Origin: an uncultured Planctomycetales bacterium
Lineage (GTDB): Bacteria; 4484-113; JAFGCY01
Assembly (NCBI GenBank): GCA_964465955.1
Contig: CAYXMN010000005.1
Location: 1-32,962, forward strand
Reading direction: 5' to 3'
Length of the DNA stretch: 32,962 bases
In this document: in pieces, positions 15,302 through 23,109 of the stretch
Layout: each line of letters starts with the position of its first letter
How positions within the stretch are numbered: position 1 is the stretch's first letter
Notes under the pieces: generated by a model
Told to the model about the DNA's origin: nothing
What the model saw: the letters and a program-made list of their open reading frames with translations, nothing else
Databases searched by the model: none
Translations under genes and position numbers: made by a program

Positions 15302-16753
15302 CTAGTGCTTGATCATCTCCCAATATGCCTGAGCTTCAAACTCCGGGCTGTTAAAGTCATCATGGCAGCCCAGGCAGCCTGCCACGCTCCCGCGGTCAAT
15401 GCTGAAGCCTCCGGCGGCGGCGCCGCCACCGCCCTGCATCAGCTCGGCATGCGCGCGCCCCGGCCCATGGCAGGACTCGCAGCTCACCGCGCTGACCGCG
15501 TCGCGCGGCTCCAGCGGGTCGTAGCCGCCGTTATCCAGCAGCGCGACCGTGTGGCACTCCAGGCAGTCCAGGCTTTCCTGCTCGTTCTGTGCCACCAGGC
15601 TCGCCAGGGCGTGGCTGTGCGCCGACTTGAGCCAAACCTGGTAGGCGCCGGCGTGGCAAGCGGCGCAGGCATCGGCACCCACATAGTCGTAGACCGGCTG
15701 TGCCTGGGGCATGTATTCGCCGCTCATTGTGAAGTTGTTGTCCTTCCAGCCGTCCTTGCGCACTTGCTTGGCCAGGCCCAGCCGCTCGCGAGCGCTGGCT
15801 TGCTCGCTGGTCAAGCAGGCCAGCACCTGGTCATCATCCAGCCAGTAATCAGCCAGCTCCTGCGACCAGGTGAACGGTGTTGTGCGCCCTTCGGTGAACT
15901 GCGCCATGGTCAGTGTGGTGATGCGCGGGACGGGCGGGGGCAGCACCGTCGCGCCCCCGCGCGGCGCCTGCCCCGCCGGCTCGCCAATCACGACGTCCAC
16001 CGGCAACCCGGCGAGCTGCGCCACCACCTCGGGCGGCTGGCCCAGGGCGGAGACAATCACGTGTGCGCCTTCGGGCAAGGCGTCGAGCACCGTCTGCACA
16101 CTCGCCACGGGTTCGGCCAGCTCCCACCACCCCGCCGGCGCCACGCCGGGAATCGCCTCATAGGCAGTCACGCCCACCACATACCAGCCGGAGCATAGCT
16201 GCAGGAACTTGCCGATCTTCACTCCATCAAGCTTTACCGAGAGGTTGCAGCTCGCCAGCGGCACCGGCGGATCGGCAAATGCGGCCTGCGCATCCGCGGC
16301 GTTCAAGTTGAGCTCCGCCGCGCCGATGACTGCCCCCGCCGCACCGATAACTTTAAGGATGTCGAGATGCGTGCGCGCGCGCAGGTCGGGGAAGTGCGCC
16401 TCCGGGTCGGCGAAGCTGCCGCAGTCGAACACCACCAGCGGCGGATCCGCGCGGGTGCCCTCCGGGTAGAGCACCATCTCGATGCGATACTGCGGATCGC
16501 CATTCGGGTCGTAGTTATCGAGCACTAAACCAAGGCGCGGCAGACCGCCGCTTTGGTGGGTGTCTCAGCCGCAGGGCCGCTGGAAGCCGCGCAGGTCGCC
16601 GAGGTAGGCCAGCGTCAGCGCGTCCGGCGCGGCGGTCACCTGCGCCCCGCGCCCGGCGGTTTCCCTGGCCGGTTGCGGGCAGGCGGCGAGCACCAGGCCG
16701 GCCAGCACCGCCGCCAGCGTAGTCAGCCGCGAGTTCAAGCGCGCATACCGCAC
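15302..16753 (-). CDS. Predicted selenocysteine-containing lipoprotein: degenerate metallophosphoesterase-like N-domain fused to a tetrahaem c-type cytochrome (TGA at 16567..16565 read as Sec)
   Basis: Track ORFs 16565..16753 and 15302..16525 are in the same frame and joined by a single TGA: ...LRGFQRPCG-TGA-DTHQSGGLPRLGLVLDNYD... The upstream part is a lipoprotein signal peptide (LVLAAC). The downstream part has CAACH, CLECH, CESCH and CLGCH (about 15361-15667) but no signal peptide of its own. The start is GTG at 16753. Confidence 0.6.
16529..16567 (-). promoter_or_regulatory. Candidate bacterial SECIS element (UGA plus downstream hairpin)
   Basis: The minus-strand RNA is UGAGACACCCACCAAAGCGGCGGUCUGCCGCGCCUUGGU. 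With U of UGA as 1, the lower stem is A11-U39, C12-G38, C13-G37, A14-U36 and A15-U35. An internal loop follows. The upper stem is G17-C31, C18-G30, G19-C29, G20-C28 and C21-G27. The apical loop is G22 G23 U24 C25 U26. Confidence 0.5.
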
Positions 16754-16759
16754 AGGTGA

Positions 16760-16765
16760 ATTATA
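16760..16765 (-). promoter_or_regulatory. -10 box TATAAT 6 nt upstream of the cytochrome GTG start (leaderless arrangement)
   Basis: The minus strand reads TATAAT TCACCT GTG. There is no SD and no good -35. Confidence 0.4.
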
Positions 16766-16819
16766 CGCAGTGCGCCTAGGACTGGCGGGTTGTTTGATCG
16801 ATCCGCCGGAGAGCCGCGG

Positions 16820-17746
16820 CTAGCGTGCCGGCGCAGCGGCCAGCGCCCGCCCCAGCGCCCGCGAGAACCGCTCCGCCTCCGCCGCGTCTAGGTGGCTGTT
16901 GTCCGGCGCAGCGTACTCCGCCGGATCGAAGCTGAGCCAGGTGCCGCCCGCCGCCGCGAATTGCAGCGCGAACGAATCCTCATCAAAGCCGCTCAGCTCG
17001 TTTTCCAGGGCGGTCATTGCCGCGCCCGCCGGGGGGCGGAAACCAAACACGCGCACGCCGCGCGCCGTCCAGCTCCGCACCTGCTCCAGCATTCCCGCCG
17101 TCAGCCGCGCCGACACCCGGTCGCGTTCGAACAGCTGGCGATAGTTCGCCAGCTTCGCCGCGCCGCCTTTGCCGGACACGTTGTAATACGCCTCCCAGCC
17201 GTCGGCATGGCGCACGCTGTACTCCCCGCCCCGGCCACGCCCAGCCAGGCGCTTGAGCTGGAGCGGCGTGTACGGCGCGAACCAGCCTACAGCCCGCCCG
17301 CCGTGCGCGGCGAGCCATAGCTCCACCGGCTGCTGGCGCCGCGCGGCGACGAATGCGTTCTCCGCCACCGCCGTCTCGCACAGCGCGCCGGGGCTCACGC
17401 CGATCACGATGCATGGGCTCGAACTGACTGGGTCGAGCACCGCGTCCGCCGCCTTTAGGTAGTCTGCGTCGAGGCCGCAGCCCGCCAGGCCGAGGTTCGC
17501 GATGCGCACACCGGGCAGCGCCTCATTCATTGCCGCCGGGCTCACGCCGCGTTCGACGCGCGAGTTGCCGAGCAGCACCAGATCGAAGCGCGGCCCCCAC
17601 AGCGCTTTGCGCGCGACGAACTGGGCTTCCGCCAAGCCGCCATCGGTGTTCGGGCGCAACCCCACCCCGGCGCAGATCAGCAGCGCCGCGAGCACGAGCG
17701 TAAGCGCGGTGCGGCCGGGGGCCATGGTGCTGCCCGCCGTCGTCAT
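16820..17746 (-). CDS. SGNH-like esterase/acyltransferase, paralogue 2 (putative polysaccharide O-acyltransferase partner)
   Basis: N-terminal anchor ALTLVLAALLICAGV. Block-I-like LVLLGNSRVERGVSP and block-V-like DNSHL are present. It is clearly homologous along its length to the upstream gene. The start overlaps the upstream stop (ATGA). Confidence 0.6.
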   Translation of the reverse strand: MTTAGSTMAPGRTALTLVLAALLICAGVGLRPNTDGGLAEAQFVARKALWGPRFDLVLLGNSRVERGVSPAAMNEALPGVRIANLGLAGCGLDADYLKAADAVLDPVSSSPCIVIGVSPGALCETAVAENAFVAARRQQPVELWLAAHGGRAVGWFAPYTPLQLKRLAGRGRGGEYSVRHADGWEAYYNVSGKGGAAKLANYRQLFERDRVSARLTAGMLEQVRSWTARGVRVFGFRPPAGAAMTALENELSGFDEDSFALQFAAAGGTWLSFDPAEYAAPDNSHLDAAEAERFSRALGRALAAAPAR

Positions 17747-18747
17747 CGCGGGGCTCCTGGCGAGGAAGAGCCGTGGTGGCAGATGCCCTCGATAAATCTA
17801 CCTCCGTCTAAGCTGCCTCCCGCGCTATCCGCAAGGATGCGCCGCGCCACCTCGCGCGAGAGCTGATCAGCGCTGTCCGCGCGCAGGTGGCTGCCATCGT
17901 AGGCGTGGTACTTGAGCGGGTCGAGCTCGAGCCACACACCGCCCGCCTCGGTGAACCGGCGCGGGAAATGCCGCGCGTCGAACCGGCTCAGGCGCTGCTC
18001 CAGCTCGTACATCTCCGGGCCCACCGGCGGGCGCAGGCCGTAGACGCGGATACCCGCCTGCCGCCAGGCGCGCACTTGGCGCAGCAGCGCCGCCGCCGCC
18101 GCCGGGCTGGCCGGCCCGCTGCGGAAGATCGCCTTGTAGTCCGCGAGCTGCAGCGTCTGGTCCTCAGGCTCGCGGGTGGAGGCGACGAAGCCGTCGAGCC
18201 GATACTCATTCCTATAGGTAACCTTGCGCCTGCCCCCGCGCAGCGCAGCGAGTACGTCCGCGAACTCATATGGCGCGAGCCAGCCCGGCAGCCGTCCGCT
18301 ATGCGCCGTGAGCCACATTTCAACAGGCTGGCGCCGGGCGAGATCGTGGAAGCCGTTGCTCTCTTGCGCGCTGGGAGTAAGCGTCCGCGGAGTGACGCAC
18401 AACAGGATCACGCGAGTGGGGCTGGCCGGATCGAGTACCTGCTCCGCCGCGGCGAGGTATTCCGGCGCATAGCCGTTGGCGCTGAAGGCGTAGTTGACGA
18501 TGCGCAGGCCGGGCAGCACCTGCCCCATCGCCGCGGGCGACAGGCCGCGGAACGCGCGCGAATCGCCGAGGATCACCACGTCCGCGCAGTGCACCCAGCA
18601 CATCTTCTGCGCCCAGAATGTACCCTCGGGTATACCGGTGTTCCCGCCCGCCGGGCGCGCGACGCCGCACAGCCCGATCAGCACCAGGCTGATCAGGAGC
18701 GTCTGCACCGTCGCGTCACTTATTACTTTCATCTTAGAACTGCGCAT
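17743..18747 (-). CDS. SGNH-like esterase/acyltransferase, paralogue 1 (putative polysaccharide O-acyltransferase partner)
   Basis: N-terminal anchor TLLISLVLIGLCGV. The GDS motif VVILGDSRAFRGLSP and the DGSHL motif near the C-terminus are present. It lies directly downstream of the MBOAT gene. The alternative start is ATG 18732. Confidence 0.6.
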   Translation of the reverse strand: MRSSKMKVISDATVQTLLISLVLIGLCGVARPAGGNTGIPEGTFWAQKMCWVHCADVVILGDSRAFRGLSPAAMGQVLPGLRIVNYAFSANGYAPEYLAAAEQVLDPASPTRVILLCVTPRTLTPSAQESNGFHDLARRQPVEMWLTAHSGRLPGWLAPYEFADVLAALRGGRRKVTYRNEYRLDGFVASTREPEDQTLQLADYKAIFRSGPASPAAAAALLRQVRAWRQAGIRVYGLRPPVGPEMYELEQRLSRFDARHFPRRFTEAGGVWLELDPLKYHAYDGSHLRADSADQLSREVARRILADSAGGSLDGGRFIEGICHHGSSSPGAPR

Positions 18748-20194
18748 AGATGAACGCCCCGCCCGGCCCGCGCAGGAACACGCTGGCGGCGAGAATTAGC
18801 GCCAGCCACAGCGGTTCGAGCCGCGCGCGCCACGCCGGCGCGGGCAGGAACCGCCAAAGCCGGAAATACACCCAGGCCTCGCGCGCGATAGCCAGCGCTA
18901 GCACGAGCAGCGCGAGCTTGCTGAGGCCCAGCGCCGCGCCGGGATTCAGCTCGCCCAGGCTCAGCAGGCGGGTCAACACCACCCAGGCTTGATCGAGGCT
19001 GCCGGCACGGAACACGACCCAGGCCAGCGACACCTGCAGCAGCGTGAACAGCGTTGCCAGTATGCCGCCGAGCGGCAGCTTCTGCAGCCGCGTGTGCCAG
19101 CGTGTCGCACGCTCGAACACAAGGTAGAAGCTGTGCAGCGCGCCCCAGACCACGAACGTCCAGGCCGCACCGTGCCACAGCCCGCATAGCGTGAACGTCA
19201 CCAATGTGGCGAGGTACGCCGCGCGGCTGGCGCCAATGCTGTTCGCCTGGCGCTTGTTCCCGCCACGCGGGCGCAAGCGGTAAGCCCAGCGGTTGGCCAG
19301 CGGCATGAACAGGTACGCGCGCAAAAAGCCGGTCAGGCTCATGTGCCAGCGGTTCCAGAAGTCGCCGACGCCGCGCGCGGTATAGGGATGGTCGAAGTTA
19401 TCGGCGAGCTTGAGGCCCAGCCAGTGGCCAAGGCCGATTGCGATGTCACTGTATCCCGCGAAGTCGCAGTAAACCTGTACGGTGTACATCGCGACGATGA
19501 CCCACCAGTACAGCGCACTCGCCTCCGGCGTGGCCGCGCCGAAGGCCTGGTTCACGACTGGCGCGAGCTGGTCGGCCAGCACCGCCTTCTTGAACAGGCC
19601 GTGGGCGATGAGCTGCATCCCGCGGAAGCGGCGCGCGCTGTCCGGCGGCTGCCAGTCGAGCAGCCCTGGCAACAGGTCACGCGCGCGGGTGATGGGGCCG
19701 GCCAGCAGCGCCGGCCAGAGCGACAGGTAAGCGAAAAGGTGCAGGAAACTCGCGGCGGGTTTGACCGCGCCGCGCGATACGTCGAGTACGTAAGTCAGCG
19801 CGAGGAAGGTGTAGAAGCTCAACCCCAGCGGCAAGGCGAGGCGCACCACCGGCAGCAGGCCGCCGCCGCCCAGCAACTCCACTAGCGAGTTGAGGCTCTC
19901 GGTAAGGAACCCTAGATATTTGAAGACGCCGAGCAGGCCGAGAATGAACACGACGCCCAGCGCGAGCGTGAGGCGCTGCCGCCCCGGCCAGCGCACCAGC
20001 GCGCCGCCGCACGCGTAAGCGCCGAGGCTGACCGCGAGCAGCAGGAAGAGGTAGCGCCAATCGTGCCAGCCGTAGAACAGCAGCGCCGCTCCGGAGAGAT
20101 AGAGCCAGCGCGAGGTTGGCCGCCGCGCCGCCAGCGGCCAGCCGGCGAAGAACACGGCAGCGAATACAACGCACACAAATGAGTTAAAAAGCAT
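18734..20194 (-). CDS. MBOAT family membrane-bound O-acyltransferase (AlgI/DltB/PatA-like)
   Basis: Multi-TM protein starting MLFNSFVCVVFAAVFF. The signature FWNRWHMSLTGFLRAYLFMPL contains the conserved His. Confidence 0.9.
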   Translation of the reverse strand: MLFNSFVCVVFAAVFFAGWPLAARRPTSRWLYLSGAALLFYGWHDWRYLFLLLAVSLGAYACGGALVRWPGRQRLTLALGVVFILGLLGVFKYLGFLTESLNSLVELLGGGGLLPVVRLALPLGLSFYTFLALTYVLDVSRGAVKPAASFLHLFAYLSLWPALLAGPITRARDLLPGLLDWQPPDSARRFRGMQLIAHGLFKKAVLADQLAPVVNQAFGAATPEASALYWWVIVAMYTVQVYCDFAGYSDIAIGLGHWLGLKLADNFDHPYTARGVGDFWNRWHMSLTGFLRAYLFMPLANRWAYRLRPRGGNKRQANSIGASRAAYLATLVTFTLCGLWHGAAWTFVVWGALHSFYLVFERATRWHTRLQKLPLGGILATLFTLLQVSLAWVVFRAGSLDQAWVVLTRLLSLGELNPGAALGLSKLALLVLALAIAREAWVYFRLWRFLPAPAWRARLEPLWLALILAASVFLRGPGGAFIYAQF

Positions 20195-20230
20195 CTTGCG
20201 CCACGGGCCGGCGGATGAGATTGGCTCGTA

Positions 20231-21757
20231 TTATGCGGGCGCGGCTTTGCCCGCGTCAAGGCCGGCGAGCCTGGCGAGCGTATCCAGCCCCGCGGAGACC
20301 AGCGCACGCTGCGACGGCCCGCGCAGCATGGAGCGTGGCTGAACCAGGATGCGCGCTAGCGCGGCCAGCGCATCTGCCGTGGTTTCCGCCGCGACCGCCA
20401 GCCCGCTGTCCAGCTCGGTGCCGTAATGGTCCCGCGCCGCCGCGTCAAGCACCAGCGAATGCATTCCGGCCAGCGCCGCCTCACGCACTACCGTGCTGGA
20501 GCGCGTCACATGCGCGTCGAGGCGCGTTAGCAGCAGCGGCAGCGGCGCGTCGGCGGCGAGGTCCAGCTCGTAGCGCCCCGGCGCGCATTGCTCCAGTGCG
20601 GCTCGCACCGCCGCGCGCTCCCCGGCCTGCACCGGATGCGGGCGCACCCACCAGTGCCAGTCCGCCGGCGAGGCGGCGAGCAGTTGGCGCAACCCCGGCG
20701 TTAGCCCCAAGTCCCATTGCAGCGAGAGCAGGATGTGCCTGCGCCCAGGGTGCGCGGCGAGCGCGGAGTTGATGCGCGCCAGTTCCTGCCGCGCCGCCGG
20801 CGTGTCCGCGCCTTCCCACAGCGCTTGCCAGGGATTGCCGCCAACCAGCGCGCGTGCGCCTTGCGCCCCGGCCCATTCATTGATTTGCAACGCACTCTCA
20901 GCATCCCAGCACCAGAACACCGTCGGCAACGTGGTGTAGCCGCCAGCCGGCGCGCACTGCCACGGGCCGTAGGCGAAGTGGTAACGCCCTTGCACGCCGT
21001 GCTGCACGTCCACGCACGGGAGGCCCAGCCGCCGCGCGGCCAGGCACAGCGCCATGCCCTCCATGGAGTAGTAGTACGTCGTCAGCGCGAGCTTGGCCCC
21101 GCTGGCCTGGAGGTAGCGCGAGAACAGCCCCGCCCAGCGGTGGAGGAGGCCAGCCTGGCGCGCCAGGAGCGGCGGCGTCAGACCCGGCATGCCCGCGCCA
21201 GTGGCTTGCACGGCTGCGACGATGTCGCGATACTGCGCAAATTGCTCCACGACAGCGCTGCGGACGGCGCCGCGCACCCGGTTGCGGAGGTTGGCCAGGT
21301 GCAGCGCGCTTTGGATGTAACGCGTGGGCAGCGCGCGCGGTGTGCGGAATGCGCCGCTGGGGCAATACTCCAGACCGAGGCATGTTAAGCCGCGCCGGGC
21401 AAGTTCCTCGCGCAGGTAGTCCAGCAGGCGGTCGTAGTACGCCCCGCCCGCCGGCGAGCGGTACGCGCTGTGGTGCAGCACGAGAACGTCAGCGCGCTGC
21501 GCGACCACCGCGTTCTGCACTCTGTCGGTCTGGACCGCCAGGCGCTGGGCCAGCAGCGCTTGAACTAACTTGCGCATTCCCCGTGGCGTGGCATGGGACG
21601 CGCTACCGCTTCCGCTCACCTCGCCTGTTACACGCAGCGCGTTGGCCAGTTGGAAGCGCACCGCCGGCCACAGGAGCACGTCTCCGGCGTGCCAGGTTTC
21701 CAGCCGGCATTCCCGCTCCAGCTCCCAAATCAACTCCATGTACTCCTGCGGCCGCAT
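20231..21757 (-). CDS. Putative polysaccharide biosynthesis enzyme, GT-B-like (weak resemblance to Capsule_synth KpsS/KpsC or TagF-type transferases)
   Basis: The track ORF extends to 22096 across the flippase 3' end. ATG 21757 (MRPQEYMELIW) overlaps the flippase stop by 1 nt. The motifs ILLSLQWDLG and WWVRPHP resemble the LQvxxD and KxHP motifs of capsule transferases. The family call is tentative. Confidence 0.45.
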   Translation of the reverse strand: MRPQEYMELIWELERECRLETWHAGDVLLWPAVRFQLANALRVTGEVSGSGSASHATPRGMRKLVQALLAQRLAVQTDRVQNAVVAQRADVLVLHHSAYRSPAGGAYYDRLLDYLREELARRGLTCLGLEYCPSGAFRTPRALPTRYIQSALHLANLRNRVRGAVRSAVVEQFAQYRDIVAAVQATGAGMPGLTPPLLARQAGLLHRWAGLFSRYLQASGAKLALTTYYYSMEGMALCLAARRLGLPCVDVQHGVQGRYHFAYGPWQCAPAGGYTTLPTVFWCWDAESALQINEWAGAQGARALVGGNPWQALWEGADTPAARQELARINSALAAHPGRRHILLSLQWDLGLTPGLRQLLAASPADWHWWVRPHPVQAGERAAVRAALEQCAPGRYELDLAADAPLPLLLTRLDAHVTRSSTVVREAALAGMHSLVLDAAARDHYGTELDSGLAVAAETTADALAALARILVQPRSMLRGPSQRALVSAGLDTLARLAGLDAGKAAPA

Positions 21758-23058
21758 CAGGACTGCTCTCCCGGCATCCGCCGCCACAGCGCCCACGGCA
21801 TCGGGTGCGCGCGCTGCACGAGCATAAAGGTCAGGCTGAACTTCACTGCGTAGCAGGCCAGCGTGGCCCAGCACGCGCCGATCGCGCCGTAGCGCGGCAC
21901 CAAGAGCCAGCACAGCCCGAGGTTGACCAGCGCGGCCGTGCTCGTGGTATAGGCGAGGAAACGCGTCTTGCGCGCAAAGAAGATGTAGTTCGTGACGAGC
22001 AGGTACATCCCGTCGAAGGCGAATCCCAGCGCGAGCAGCAGCACGTACTGCGCCGCGGCGAGGAACTTCGGGCCGAGCACGATCCCCGCTAGCCACGGCG
22101 CGAGCGTGCCCAGCAGCACGGCGGCCACCGCCTCCAGGCCGAAACCGGCGTAAGTGCCGATGACGAGCTTGCGCAGCACGGCGGGCTGGTTCGCTTTCAA
22201 CCGCTCAAACAGCCACGGCACATAGGCGCGGTTGAACGCGTCGTTGGCCATGTACAGCACCAGCGCGAGCTGCTGGCCGGCGGTGAACAGGCCGGTGCCG
22301 CCCAGGCCCTCCACGCCCGCCACGAATGAGCGCGACGTCAGCGCGATGGCGGCGTTGCCCAAGGCGTGCGGCAGCAGCGGCAAGCCAAAGCTGAGCGCGG
22401 CGCGCATCTGGCCCCAGTCTGGGCGCCAGCGCGACAAGCCGGCGGCCTGCTGCAGCACGAGGGCCAGCGCACCGGTCGTGCTGGCCGCAAGGAGCTGGCC
22501 CACCACGCGCCCGCTCCAATCCCAATGCAGTCCCACGATCAGCCACACGCTCAGGCCGAAGTTGAGCAGCGAAAAGCCGAGGTTGAAGGCGATGTAGGGC
22601 CAGGGCATTTTGCGCACTTGCCACAGCGCGAGCATGGTCTGGCCCAGCGCCATGCCGAAAGCCGCCAGCGCCACCGCCCACAGCCACTCGCGGGGGAACT
22701 GGATCAGCCGCTCGATCAGCGGCCCGGCCAGCTGCAGCAGCCCAAGCAGCAGCACGGCCGCCGCGCTCATCAGCAGCGTGCAGTTGCCGACATAGCGCGG
22801 GAAGTCGGACTGCTCGCGGTCGTAGTACTGCCGCTGGATTGCGCCGTGCAGGTTGAGGTTGGCCAGCGGCGTGATGAAGTTCTCCAGCGAAGTGAACAGG
22901 CCGATCAACCCGTATCCGGCAGTGTCGAGCACGCGCGTCAGCACAGGCAGCAGCACGAACGGCACCAGCCGGTTGGCCAGCCCGCCGATGAAATACACCG
23001 AGACGGTTTTGGCCAACCCTGCGCCAGGGATTGTGAACCGCCGGGGTCGATCGCTCAT
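21757..23058 (-). CDS. Wzx-type oligosaccharide flippase (MOP superfamily polysaccharide biosynthesis protein)
   Basis: About 12 TM segments. The N-terminus KTVSVYFIGGLANRLVPFVLLPVLTRVLDTAGYGLIGLF is typical of Wzx/RfbX proteins. Confidence 0.85.
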   Translation of the reverse strand: MSDRPRRFTIPGAGLAKTVSVYFIGGLANRLVPFVLLPVLTRVLDTAGYGLIGLFTSLENFITPLANLNLHGAIQRQYYDREQSDFPRYVGNCTLLMSAAAVLLLGLLQLAGPLIERLIQFPREWLWAVALAAFGMALGQTMLALWQVRKMPWPYIAFNLGFSLLNFGLSVWLIVGLHWDWSGRVVGQLLAASTTGALALVLQQAAGLSRWRPDWGQMRAALSFGLPLLPHALGNAAIALTSRSFVAGVEGLGGTGLFTAGQQLALVLYMANDAFNRAYVPWLFERLKANQPAVLRKLVIGTYAGFGLEAVAAVLLGTLAPWLAGIVLGPKFLAAAQYVLLLALGFAFDGMYLLVTNYIFFARKTRFLAYTTSTAALVNLGLCWLLVPRYGAIGACWATLACYAVKFSLTFMLVQRAHPMPWALWRRMPGEQS

Positions 23059-23097
23059 GGGTTAGCTACCGCGCAGATTGTACACGCAACCGTCTCA

Positions 23098-23103
23098 TAT
23101 ACT
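23098..23103 (+). promoter_or_regulatory. -10 box TATACT 6 nt upstream of the GTG start of the GT4 gene (leaderless arrangement)
   Basis: The plus strand reads TATACT AGGCGC GTG within the 51-nt divergent intergenic region. Confidence 0.35.
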
Positions 23104-23109
23104 AGGCGC

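Noticed and set aside
15302-16525. The 407-aa ORF as an independent cytochrome gene starting at GTG 16525
   Set aside because: It has no signal peptide despite four CxxCH sites, and no SD or promoter. It is in frame with the upstream signal-peptide ORF across a single TGA. It is treated as part of one recoded gene; a pseudogene remains the alternative.
20215-20772. 185-aa Pro/Ala/Arg-rich plus-strand ORF, and similar ORFs at 21340..22092 and 5066..5491
   Set aside because: Low-complexity translations antisense to better-supported genes; a high-GC artefact.
21758-22096. N-terminal 113-aa extension of the 621-aa ORF
   Set aside because: It overlaps the 3' end of the flippase gene in another frame and has an Arg/Ala-rich artefact composition. 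The internal ATG at 21757 abuts the flippase stop.
22366-23109. N-terminal 248-aa extension of the 644-aa plus-strand ORF
   Set aside because: It is antisense to the flippase gene. The GT4 homology begins only at the in-frame GTG 23110 (VRIAILATWYP).
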